Source: Alphaproteobacteria bacterium (GTDB taxonomy: Bacteria > Pseudomonadota > Alphaproteobacteria > UBA2966). From it: DNA of 64,000 nt. How positions within the stretch are numbered: position 1 is the first letter of the stretch; every line of letters begins with the position of its first letter. The position numbers and the translations under genes were made by a program. Shown here piece by piece: positions 48,460-57,273 of this stretch. The notes beneath the pieces were generated by a model. It did not search any database. It had not been told where the DNA came from and saw only the letters and a program-made list of their open reading frames with translations. The DNA lies in assembly GCA_964291395.2 (NCBI GenBank), contig OZ219856.1, forward strand, positions 1,632,001 to 1,696,000, read 5' to 3'.

Positions 48460-50475
48460 TTATCCGATCCTTCGGATGACGAGGTTGTCGTGTTCGTCCG
48501 GGCCGCCGGTCCACCCTCCCGGTACATAGATCGTAGACGTTTCGTCCGCAACAAGCGCGGGACCCGCGACCTCCGATTCCGGCTCGCAGGCGGAGCGGCT
48601 CATCACGATGCACTCGGTCCGCTCACCCCGGTCGAAAATCTCGCCTTCCGTCGTGAAGAGCTCCATGCCGTGCCCCTCGGCCAGGGTCGGGACGGGTCCG
48701 GGAGGGGCCGAGACACCCAGGCGGAACGACACGATCTCGACCCGCTGGCGCCCCGCGTCGCCGAAGGCGAACATCTGGTGGTGCGCCGCGACGAACAGCT
48801 CGAGCAGGGTCTCTACTCGCAGGTCCTTCAGCGCCGCTTCATCGAGCGTCACCGGGATCTCGAACGCCTGGCCGACGAAACGCATCTCCAGCGTGAAAGT
48901 GAACGCCAGCGCATCGGTAAGGCCGAGCTCCGCGAACGCCTCGACGGCGCGGCCTTTCATGGCCGCGAAAATTTCGCGAACCTCGTCGGCGACGTCTCCC
49001 TCGACGATCAGGTGACGAGTGTAGCTGTCGTAGCGCAGGAAGTCCGCTGCCAACAGCCCGAAGGCCGAGAGAACGCCGGCGTTGGGCGGCACCACGACGG
49101 TCCCGATCTCCAGCTCCTCGGCGACGCGCGCCGCATGAAGCGGTCCGGCGCCGCCGAAGGGGACGAGGACGTAATCCCTGGGATCGCGCCCGCGCTCGGT
49201 CGAGACGAGCTGAATGGCGCGGACGATGTTCGCGTCGGCCACGCGCAGGGCGGCGTCGGCCATCTCCTCCAGGCTCCTGCCGAACCGCTCCGCCAGGGGA
49301 GTCAGCGCCGACCTCGATTTGCCTCGGTCGAGGGACATGCGCCCGCCGACGAAGGCTTCCGCCTTCAGCGTGCCGCGCAACAGATGCGCGTCGGTAACGG
49401 CCGGCAGCGTTCCGCCCCGGCCGTAGCAGGCCGGTCCCGGATCGGCGCCCGTGGATTCGGGCCCGACGCGCAGCATGCCTCCGTCGTCGACCCAGATGAT
49501 GGAACCGCCCCCCGCCCCGATCGTCGCGATGTCGATCACCGGGGTACGCACCGGCAACCCGTTGATTTCCGTCTCGGTTGAAAGGTCCGGCTTGCCGCCG
49601 CGCACCAGGCACACGTCGGTGCTGGTACCTCCCATGTCGAGGGTGATGATGTCGTCGAAGCCGGAGATACCGGCTTGCCGAACGGCTCCCATCACCCCCG
49701 CCGCCGGCCCCGAATAGAGACAGGTGATGGCGCTGCGGCGGATGCCGTCCGTCGGAAGACGGCCGCCGTTCGACTGCATGATCGAGAAGTTCCGCTTGAA
49801 GCCGAGCGACTCCAGCTCCGCCTCCAGCCGCGAAATATAGGAATCGATGACCGGCTGCACGTAGGCCGACAGCGCGGTCGTGGTCGCCCTCTCGTATTCG
49901 CGGAACTCCCGGGTCACCTCGGCCGAATACGTCACGAAGACGTCCGGATGCCTCTCGCGGATCAGGCCGGCAATCCGTTCCTCGTGATCCGGATTGGCGT
50001 ACGAGTTGAGAAAGCAGATCGCGACGGCATCGTAGGCGCCGCCGGCGAGGGCCGACCCCGCGACCTGCTTCGCGGATTCGATATCCAGGGGCGTGATGAT
50101 CCCGCCGTCCGCGCCGATGCGTTCCCTGATCTCGAACGTGTCTCCCCGTCCGACCACCGGCTCTGGTTTCTGGTAGAACAGGTCGTAGATCCGCTTGCGG
50201 TCGTGACGTTGAAGCAGCAACAGATCGCGGAAGCCGGCGGTCACGAAGAAGGCGACCTTGGCGCCCTTGCGCTCGAGGATGGCATTGGTCGCCACCGTCG
50301 AGCCGTGAACCAGGTCTTCGATCGCGTCGAGCCGGATGTCCGCGGCGGCGAGCGACGAAAGCGCGCCTTCGTCGGGGCGCGCCGGCGTGCTCGGCACTTT
50401 GGCGACGGTGACCCGCCCCCGATCGATGGCGACGAGATCCGTGAACGTGCCGCCGACTTCGATTCCCACTCGCAA
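48460..50475 (-). CDS. Hydantoinase A/oxoprolinase family protein
   Basis: GIEVGGTFTD, HGSTVATNA, SGPAAGV, DMGGTSTD, GPACYGRGG. TTG start. Confidence 0.92.
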   Translation of the reverse strand: MRVGIEVGGTFTDLVAIDRGRVTVAKVPSTPARPDEGALSSLAAADIRLDAIEDLVHGSTVATNAILERKGAKVAFFVTAGFRDLLLLQRHDRKRIYDLFYQKPEPVVGRGDTFEIRERIGADGGIITPLDIESAKQVAGSALAGGAYDAVAICFLNSYANPDHEERIAGLIRERHPDVFVTYSAEVTREFREYERATTTALSAYVQPVIDSYISRLEAELESLGFKRNFSIMQSNGGRLPTDGIRRSAITCLYSGPAAGVMGAVRQAGISGFDDIITLDMGGTSTDVCLVRGGKPDLSTETEINGLPVRTPVIDIATIGAGGGSIIWVDDGGMLRVGPESTGADPGPACYGRGGTLPAVTDAHLLRGTLKAEAFVGGRMSLDRGKSRSALTPLAERFGRSLEEMADAALRVADANIVRAIQLVSTERGRDPRDYVLVPFGGAGPLHAARVAEELEIGTVVVPPNAGVLSAFGLLAADFLRYDSYTRHLIVEGDVADEVREIFAAMKGRAVEAFAELGLTDALAFTFTLEMRFVGQAFEIPVTLDEAALKDLRVETLLELFVAAHHQMFAFGDAGRQRVEIVSFRLGVSAPPGPVPTLAEGHGMELFTTEGEIFDRGERTECIVMSRSACEPESEVAGPALVADETSTIYVPGGWTGGPDEHDNLVIRRIG

Positions 50476-50625
50476 CTCGAAACCCCCTGCCTTTGATCGA
50501 TACGCTAAGGAGAGCGACCGTGCCGGAGTATGTCGGCTTTGATGCATCGAAGGAAGTGACAGCGCCCCGCTCGCGCTCTTCCCGCCTCGAGGGGAGACCG
50601 GGAGGGAGATCGTTGCGGATCGGCC

Positions 50626-51471
50626 TTAGAACGGCGCGTCGCCCTTGAGCGTGATGCGATGCATCTTCCGGCGATAGCCCTGGTAGTCGTTCAGCGGGAA
50701 ATGCTGAGACGCCCGATTGTCCCAGATGACCAGGGTGCCCTGCTCCCAGCGAACCCGACAGGTAAAGTCCGGTTGAACCTGGTGGGCGAACAGGAATTCC
50801 AGGAGCGGGGCGCTCTCCGCTTCCGTCATGCCGTCGAACTTCACCGTATGCCCCGCATTGACGTAGAGCGCTTTGGCACCCGTCTCCGGATGGGTGCGCA
50901 CGACCGGATGCACGGCCTCCAGGGACTCTCGCTTGCGTTTCTCGCTCACATTTGTCCGGATCTGGTTGGCCTTGGCCGACGTGTTGAGCCCACGGAGCGG
51001 GGCGAGCAGGGCCTTCATCCCGTCCGATAAGGCTTCATACGCCGCCACCTGACTGGCGAACAGCGTATCGCCGCCGATCGGCGGGATTTCCCGGGCGAGA
51101 AGCATGGTCGCGGCGGGCGGGCATTTCAGGTACGCCGTGTCCGTATGCCAGACGCCGCCGAAATTCTGAGTCTCTTCCGGCTCCTTGATGACCGGCGTAA
51201 TGACGGGATATTCGTCGATACCGGCTACGAAAGGATAGATGTCCGGCTCGCCCATCGCCTCGGCGAACGCGATCTGCTGCTTCGGCGTGAGGTCCTGGCC
51301 GCGGATGACCAGCACGTGGTGGCGCAGGAAAACCGCTTTGAGTCCCGCGACAACCGCCTTCGTCAATGGCCCGTCCAGGCGCAGTCCCCGGATCTCCAGC
51401 CCGATGACCGGCGACAAAAGCCGACCGTCGAACGGCGTTTCCCCGGGATCGGATGCGCTTCGCAGGGCCAT
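50626..51471 (-). CDS. TauD/TfdA family Fe(II)/2OG dioxygenase
   Basis: NFGGVWHTD, GGDTLF, HPVVRTHPETG, WDNRASQH. Confidence 0.93.
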   Translation of the reverse strand: MALRSASDPGETPFDGRLLSPVIGLEIRGLRLDGPLTKAVVAGLKAVFLRHHVLVIRGQDLTPKQQIAFAEAMGEPDIYPFVAGIDEYPVITPVIKEPEETQNFGGVWHTDTAYLKCPPAATMLLAREIPPIGGDTLFASQVAAYEALSDGMKALLAPLRGLNTSAKANQIRTNVSEKRKRESLEAVHPVVRTHPETGAKALYVNAGHTVKFDGMTEAESAPLLEFLFAHQVQPDFTCRVRWEQGTLVIWDNRASQHFPLNDYQGYRRKMHRITLKGDAPF

Positions 51472-51493
51472 CAACGCGATTCGGTTTGCGGCA

Positions 51494-52690
51494 TCACCGC
51501 TGATCCGCGGGTGCGATGACTTCCATGTTTTGAAGCTGACCCAACAGTTCGTCGACCCGGTCCGAACCCAGATGGGAGAACAGGGCTTGCGCCTCGCTGT
51601 CGAGAAACTTGGGATGCTCGAGCACCCAACTGACGAAGTCCTGCGCGCCCGGTGGAATGGGGACCCCGGCCTCGCCGGCGCGCAGGTAATACCGGTCGTC
51701 GCGCCGGACGACCTTCAGGCCCTTGGCCGTCAGCACGAATTCATTCGTCACCGGGCGTTCCGGCAACGCATACGCTCCGCGGGTTCCACGACGGCGCCGC
51801 TGCGACTGGATCGTGGCGTCGAGGAAATTCGGCTCCTGCATCAGCTTCTTGATGCGGCCGGCAAGATCCGCGAGCCGCTCGCGCAGGTCATCGGCGGCGC
51901 CGTTGGCGTCGTATCGGGGCAGGTCCTGCCGAAACAGGCTGTCCGTCACGGCCTCGTCTTCGAGCAGTTCGAAGATGTCGATACCGCGGAGAGGTATCAC
52001 CCCGAAGGTCAGGTGAAGCGAGGCGTCGCTCGACGCCAGCGCGTCGTGATACTGGCCTCGGGGGATGTAGAGGAGGTCTCCCGGAGTCATGTGGACCTCC
52101 ATCAGCAGATCGCGCCTGTTGCGCCGGTGTTGTTCCGCCGTCAGTTCGAGGAACGTCGGATGGTGAATCGGGTTGTCGAGGCGCCCTTCGTAGACGTTCC
52201 ACGTTTTCTCCCCTTCCGTGTGAAGGGCGAACACTTCGTGCGTGTCGAAATGACTGTCGAATGCCCTGTGTCCCGCGAACGAGCAGTAGAGGTTGAGCTG
52301 GGTGTAGCCGAGGAGCGCGCGTTCGAGCACGTCCGCGACCGACTGGATGCCCGGGGTCAGGGTGTCGATGGAATTGAGGACCAGGGATGCTCCGCGGGAC
52401 AGGTGGGACTTGACCAGATCGGGATCCGGCCGCAAGACGCGCGTACCGAGCCCCGGCACGGAGCGGCAGTATTTCTCTGCCGGGACCGCGGCGATGTCCT
52501 GGTAGAGCTTGAGATTGTCCTTCGTCCAGAAGGCATTGATCGCCAGGGCCTGATTGAGGCCGTCCCACGACATCACCTCCGCGAACTTGTGCGGTTCGCC
52601 GGGGATGTGGAGCGGCTTCTGCCCGTAGTATTCGCCGAAAAACTCGCCGGGCGTGACGGGAGCGAGGAGCTCTTCGAACGATGTCGCCAT
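51494..52690 (-). CDS. JmjC/cupin_4 family 2OG oxygenase
   Basis: FF.EYYGQKPLHI, HFDTHEVF, GEKTW, PGDLLYIPRGQYH, SLHLTFG. Confidence 0.9.
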   Translation of the reverse strand: MATSFEELLAPVTPGEFFGEYYGQKPLHIPGEPHKFAEVMSWDGLNQALAINAFWTKDNLKLYQDIAAVPAEKYCRSVPGLGTRVLRPDPDLVKSHLSRGASLVLNSIDTLTPGIQSVADVLERALLGYTQLNLYCSFAGHRAFDSHFDTHEVFALHTEGEKTWNVYEGRLDNPIHHPTFLELTAEQHRRNRRDLLMEVHMTPGDLLYIPRGQYHDALASSDASLHLTFGVIPLRGIDIFELLEDEAVTDSLFRQDLPRYDANGAADDLRERLADLAGRIKKLMQEPNFLDATIQSQRRRRGTRGAYALPERPVTNEFVLTAKGLKVVRRDDRYYLRAGEAGVPIPPGAQDFVSWVLEHPKFLDSEAQALFSHLGSDRVDELLGQLQNMEVIAPADQR

Positions 52691-52736
52691 GGCACGGACC
52701 TTATCTCATGGCGCGACCCCGGCGCGAGTTCAAAGA

Positions 52737-52806
52737 TACCCCTCCGCCGTCAGGTCGGGGCGCGAGTTCACCGCCTGGCTCGGCTTGGTGCCCCGCCGGA
52801 GCGGGG
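52737..52806 (+). mobile_element. IS110-family transposase remnant
   Basis: Translates YPSAVRSGREFTAWLGLVPRRSG, matching the IS110 DP..F.SGR.FAAWLGLVP...SSGG motif. Confidence 0.7.
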
Positions 52807-52807
52807 T

Positions 52808-53458
52808 TTACTCGGCGGGTTGTTGGCCGGGGTTGAGCTTGTCGAGCTCCGCCAGCACCTCGTCCAGGGACATCACGTCGGCGTATTTCTGCTCCATGTC
52901 GAACAGGTTCGCCTCGTGGGGTGCCTGGGCGCGGTCACCCACGCACTCCCTCGGCACGATCGGCCGGAAACCATGGCCCATCGCATCGACGACGGTGGCC
53001 CGCACGCAACCCGACGTCGTGCACCCTGCGACGATCGCGGTATCGACCCGTCGCATGGCGAGCCAGCCGGACAGGTCCGTCTGGAAGAACCCGGACGGGT
53101 ACTGTTTCTCGATGACCTTTTCGCCCGGCCTCGGGGCCAGTTGATCGACCACTTCGGTGGCCTCGGTATCACGCGTCAGTTTCTCGGTGAGTCCCGAGAT
53201 CTTCAGGTTGAACACGCCGTCCTCGCTGCCGTCCCCGGCATAGCAGTGGGTGGTGAAGGCGATCGGGATACCGTGATGACGCGCGGCCCCCAACAGGGTC
53301 TCGGTGTGGTCGATCGCCGACTGGATGTTGCCCCCGCCCAGAGACTCGGGGTCGTTGAATCCGTTGCTGAAGTCGATGATCAAGAGCGCCGGCTGTTCTC
53401 CGAACCCCATGCGCGTTCCCAGGCCCTGTCTCGCGTAGATCTCGAGATCGTCCGGCAT
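52808..53458 (-). CDS. Isochorismatase-family cysteine hydrolase (maleamate/N-carbamoylsarcosine amidase-like)
   Basis: GFGEQPALLIID, KQYPSGFF, GCTTSGCVRAT. Confidence 0.92.
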   Translation of the reverse strand: MPDDLEIYARQGLGTRMGFGEQPALLIIDFSNGFNDPESLGGGNIQSAIDHTETLLGAARHHGIPIAFTTHCYAGDGSEDGVFNLKISGLTEKLTRDTEATEVVDQLAPRPGEKVIEKQYPSGFFQTDLSGWLAMRRVDTAIVAGCTTSGCVRATVVDAMGHGFRPIVPRECVGDRAQAPHEANLFDMEQKYADVMSLDEVLAELDKLNPGQQPAE

Positions 53459-53477
53459 GTCATCCCCCTTCGACGGT

Positions 53478-53993
53478 TCAGAACGGTATGAATAGCGATT
53501 TCAGCATGGCGTCGCAGTTGATCAGCACCACCTTCTTCCAAACGATGCGCCAGAGCCCCCCTTCCCGCCTCAGCGCATGACGGCAGTCCCCGGCGTACAC
53601 GTCCTGCTGATCCTGGCGGTACGTGGCGACCAGCAGCTTCGAGGAGACGAGCGCCTCGGCCTCCGGCGGGACGTCGGGCTCCAGCAGGACGTTCGTCACC
53701 AGATGGGCCGTCCGCGTGTGCGGAATCTGCGCGTGGACGCGGGGGTGACGGAGACGCTTGATCCGCGTCTCCATCAGGTCCTTGTCGTCATAGAAGATGG
53801 AGACCTCGTCGAGCGGATTCGGCTGATCGGGCCGGGCCGGAACCCAGTAGTATCCGTCGTCCGTGAATAGCTCCCGCCACTCCTCGAACCGCCTTTCGTC
53901 GAGCAGGCGCGCCTCCATGAACAGGAAATCGGCCGCGGCCTCGAAAGACAGCGGCATCGACGCCCGGTCCCGGATGGACTCCGCCGAGGCCAT
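53478..53993 (-). CDS. Aromatic ring-hydroxylating dioxygenase beta subunit
   Basis: EARLLDERRFEEW, YWVP, RT.HLVTN, KKVVLINCD. Confidence 0.92.
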   Translation of the reverse strand: MASAESIRDRASMPLSFEAAADFLFMEARLLDERRFEEWRELFTDDGYYWVPARPDQPNPLDEVSIFYDDKDLMETRIKRLRHPRVHAQIPHTRTAHLVTNVLLEPDVPPEAEALVSSKLLVATYRQDQQDVYAGDCRHALRREGGLWRIVWKKVVLINCDAMLKSLFIPF

Positions 53994-53995
53994 GG

Positions 53996-55279
53996 TCAGT
54001 TGGCGCCCTCGCCCATGTAGCTGAGCCATTCCCGGTACTGGTTGCGCAGCGGAAGTTCATGGGTGCCTTCGGACCGGTATCCGAAGTCGTCCTCGAGCGG
54101 TTGCTCCGCGCCCAGGCCCCGGCCGAGGAACACCCATTCCGAGCCGTCCGCCGGAAGACCGCGTTGCAGCCGGCCGAAGGCCTCGAGATCGTCGGTCTGG
54201 ATCAGCGATGCCGCGGCGTGCGTGACGTTCAAATAGCGGATGACCGTCCGGTTCAACACGTCCGGGGCGTCCCTCAGCTTCATCGGATAGACCGATACCT
54301 CGGTACGATCGACGGAGATCGGCCGGATCACGCGGATGTGCTGGGCCATGGATTGCAGGCCCAGGTTCGGGTAGATGATGGCGTTGTGCCAGTCCGCGTC
54401 GAGGACCTCCGCCGCGCGCTCGGGTCCGAGCCGCGCCTCCAGCGCCGCCACATAGTCCGGGTGCTCCTCCCGGGAGACGGGACCGGCATCCGGCATGCGC
54501 CCGCAGTAGCTGTGCCCGCCGTCGAAGGCCCATACGCCCGTCCGGTCCCAGAACGAGATCGGTGAGCCGTCCTCCCGGGTCAGCCGCGAACCCGTGGCCG
54601 TGCCCGTCCGCCGGAACTGGCGGCCGCCCGAGGTGGTCGACTCGTGCGAATGGGGTACGTGATAGAGATCGTTCAGGTTCTCCATCTGCGCTTTCCAGTT
54701 GCCCGGGAACTCGTAACGGTGGACCCCGCCGGTGACCTCGACCTCGCCGGCCGGTGACCGGTCGCAAATGTCGTCGATTTTCCGGGTCATCGGGCCCAGG
54801 TACTTGGCGAGCGTCGGCCCGTCCGGCGCCAGGCTCGCGAACACGAACCCGCGGTGCGTATCCGTCCGCGGCACCCGGACCATGCCGAGTGAAGGGTCGT
54901 CGAGGTCGACGTCCCGAGGGTACCCGGCTTGGAGCGGGATGGCCTTTATCAGCCCGTTCAAGTGGAACGTCCACCCATGATAGCAGCAGCGGAAATGCCG
55001 AGCGTTGCCGTGCGGCTCGTTGCACACCACGGCACCCCGATGACCGCAACGGTTGAAGAGGACGTAGATCTCACCGTCCTCGTGACGCGACAGCACGACG
55101 GGCTGCCGCCCGATCCGGGTGGTCAGGAAATCGCCGGGCTCCGGGACCTGCGACGCATGGCCCACGTAGATCCAGGCGCGGGCGTATATGCGCTCCATCT
55201 CCATCTCGAAAATGGATTCGTCCAGATAGACGCTGCGGTGCACCCGGTCCGGCTTCACGAGTTCGCGGATCCCGGTCAT
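53996..55279 (-). CDS. Aromatic ring-hydroxylating Rieske dioxygenase alpha subunit
   Basis: CGH-X17-CCYH Rieske motif; NWK..EN..DLYH...H and DD mononuclear Fe site. Confidence 0.95.
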   Translation of the reverse strand: MTGIRELVKPDRVHRSVYLDESIFEMEMERIYARAWIYVGHASQVPEPGDFLTTRIGRQPVVLSRHEDGEIYVLFNRCGHRGAVVCNEPHGNARHFRCCYHGWTFHLNGLIKAIPLQAGYPRDVDLDDPSLGMVRVPRTDTHRGFVFASLAPDGPTLAKYLGPMTRKIDDICDRSPAGEVEVTGGVHRYEFPGNWKAQMENLNDLYHVPHSHESTTSGGRQFRRTGTATGSRLTREDGSPISFWDRTGVWAFDGGHSYCGRMPDAGPVSREEHPDYVAALEARLGPERAAEVLDADWHNAIIYPNLGLQSMAQHIRVIRPISVDRTEVSVYPMKLRDAPDVLNRTVIRYLNVTHAAASLIQTDDLEAFGRLQRGLPADGSEWVFLGRGLGAEQPLEDDFGYRSEGTHELPLRNQYREWLSYMGEGAN

Positions 55280-55377
55280 TGCCTTGCCTCAACCAACTCG
55301 TCCCGCCTCCACCGATTTTCCTTCCCGCTCGAGCCGCCGCTGCCTGGGGGGCTGGGGGTCGTGTGTGCTTCCTTCCC

Positions 55378-56304
55378 CTACGTCGTCACGCTCAGGAAGT
55401 TCTCGTTCAGCTTGCGGTCGTAATAGAAGATCGCCTTGCCGAGCTCATTGTCGGTCCACGTGAGGACGGGATTGTCGGGGTAGTACTGATAGCCGCCGCA
55501 AAACACCTCGTTCCGGTTCCCCGAGGGATCGAAGAAGTAGATCGTGCCGCCGCGAGTAATGCCGTGACGCGTCGGCCCGATGTCGAGCTCGACCCCGTTT
55601 CGGCTGATGATATCGGCGGCCAGCATGATGTCGTGCCACGACTCGAGATAGAACGAGGCATGATGGAACTGGCCCTTCCCTTCCGAACGGATGAAGGCGA
55701 TGTCGTGGGCCTTGTTGCTGCAGGTGAGGAAGGCCCCGATCATCAGCGACCTGTCCTGGGTCACCACCTGCTCCGCCAGACTGAACCCGAGGATCTCGCG
55801 GAACAGCTTGACCGAACCGTCGAGATCGTCGCCGTAGAGCAGCACGTGATCGAAGCGCGTCGGATGCATACCGTGCAGTCCGTCGGGCCAGACCTCGGGG
55901 TTTTCGATCGAGAGGCCGTTGCCGGGCTGCTCGATCTCGGCGTAGAGATCGAAGACGTGGCCCGTGGGCGCGGTGAAACGAAGGCGCTCGCCGATTCCGG
56001 GCTGCTCGCCGGCCGGAACGTTCTCCACGTCGATGCCCGAGTCGGCGATCTTCCTGCCCAGGCTCCTCATGGTGTCGGCATCGAGGACCTTCCAGGCCAG
56101 ATGATCCATGCCGGGGCTGTCGGCCTCCCGCAGGACGACGCTGTGGTGGTCGTGCTCGTCCCAGGCCTTGAGATACGCCCGGCCCTCCGAGTCCGTGCCA
56201 ACCTCGTTCAGGCCGAGCACGTCCCGATAGTGGTTCGTTGCGGCACCGATGTCCGTCACTCGGATCTGCACGTGACCGGGCCTGAGGACTCCTGAAAAAG
56301 CCAT
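55378..56304 (-). CDS. xylE: Catechol 2,3-dioxygenase
   Basis: GVLRPGHVQIRV, AYLKAWDE.DHHS, FDHVLLYG, KAHDIAF, GPTRHGITRG.TIYFFDPSGNRNE. Confidence 0.95.
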   Translation of the reverse strand: MAFSGVLRPGHVQIRVTDIGAATNHYRDVLGLNEVGTDSEGRAYLKAWDEHDHHSVVLREADSPGMDHLAWKVLDADTMRSLGRKIADSGIDVENVPAGEQPGIGERLRFTAPTGHVFDLYAEIEQPGNGLSIENPEVWPDGLHGMHPTRFDHVLLYGDDLDGSVKLFREILGFSLAEQVVTQDRSLMIGAFLTCSNKAHDIAFIRSEGKGQFHHASFYLESWHDIMLAADIISRNGVELDIGPTRHGITRGGTIYFFDPSGNRNEVFCGGYQYYPDNPVLTWTDNELGKAIFYYDRKLNENFLSVTT

Positions 56305-56441
56305 GATCGCCTCCCGCTGCGTCTCGTTCCGCTCTTCCCAGGAGGGATGTTAGCGCACCGGCGCCGTCTCGGCATATCTCGGTTAGTCCCGCCTAGTCAC
56401 GCAACGCACGATTTCCCGCCCCTCGGAACGCGCGATCCTTG

Positions 56442-56470
56442 TTGACTTGCGCGCGGCGGCAATCTTATAT
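56442..56470 (+). promoter_or_regulatory. Promoter of cspA, ahead of a long 5' UTR
   Basis: TTGACT-17-TTATAT about 150 nt upstream of the ATG. Confidence 0.55.
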
Positions 56471-56617
56471 GCGAGCCACGCTTCGCATTCGACATGTGTT
56501 ATCTGAACGGCCGTCAATCCTGTTAGCCTTGCTCTTCCCTGACATTGTGAGACCTGACAAGACCGAGCCGACACACGGTGTGCAGCACGGACACTCTCTA
56601 ACGGCTGAGGACTTACC

Positions 56618-56827
56618 ATGCCTACGGGAACAGTTAAATGGTTCAACCCTGCCAAGGGTTACGGCTTCATCGAGCCTGAGGAAGGCGGCAAGGACGCGTT
56701 CGTCCACATCTCGGCCGTCGAGCGTGCAGGCCTCAACACCCTGCACGAAGGCCAGAAGGTCTCCTACGAGCTTCAGCCCGGCCGCGACGGCAAGTCGTCC
56801 GCCGAGAACCTGAACCTCGTCGAATAG
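56618..56827 (+). CDS. cspA: Cold-shock protein
   Basis: GTVKWFN, KGYGFI, FVHISA. Confidence 0.97.
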   Translation: MPTGTVKWFNPAKGYGFIEPEEGGKDAFVHISAVERAGLNTLHEGQKVSYELQPGRDGKSSAENLNLVE

Positions 56828-56832
56828 CTGTC

Positions 56833-56862
56833 CCGCCGCCGCCGAGGGTTTCGCTGGCGGCG
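56833..56862 (+). terminator. Hairpin after cspA
   Basis: CCGCCGCC...GGCGGCGG stem; weak U-tract. Confidence 0.5.
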
Positions 56863-56949
56863 GTCCATTCGGTTCTCCGGAAACCTTCGGAGTGCCTAGC
56901 GACGGGGTGTCGAGCCGATGGATCCGTCGTTCGTGCGCCTGATTCGGTG

Positions 56950-56975
56950 TAACCCCAAGGGTACCCGTGGGGTTA
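56950..56975. promoter_or_regulatory. 26-bp near-perfect palindrome (candidate operator)
   Basis: TAACCCCAAGGGTACCCGTGGGGTTA, one mismatched pair. Confidence 0.55.
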
Positions 56976-56985
56976 AACTCCTCTC

Positions 56986-57243
56986 ATGCGCATCCTTATC
57001 GCCCTGATACTGCTCGTCTTGTTGGGCGGCGGTGCCTGGATTCTCAGCTACGAGACCCGCTTCGTCCCCATGGCGCCGTGCCAGAGCAATCTCGATGGAA
57101 AGTTTATCGTCGAGAAGGACTGCGAGGAGTATTGGGCGAACACGAGAAATACATCGTCCACCTCCACGCCTGATGCACTTTCGAGGGGACATCCTCCAGC
57201 ACCCCATGGTCTTGGCGAAGGGGGATCGAGAGGAGAGGAGTAA
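56986..57243 (+). CDS. Small exported/membrane-anchored hypothetical protein
   Basis: MRILIALILLVLLGGGAW hydrophobic N-terminus; two Cys. Confidence 0.5.
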   Translation: MRILIALILLVLLGGGAWILSYETRFVPMAPCQSNLDGKFIVEKDCEEYWANTRNTSSTSTPDALSRGHPPAPHGLGEGGSRGEE

Positions 57244-57273
57244 AAGAGGCCGTCAAAGAAGGCGCTCCCTCCG

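Noticed and set aside
56465-56746. 93-aa ORF antisense to cspA
   Set aside because: Shadow ORF of the cold-shock gene.
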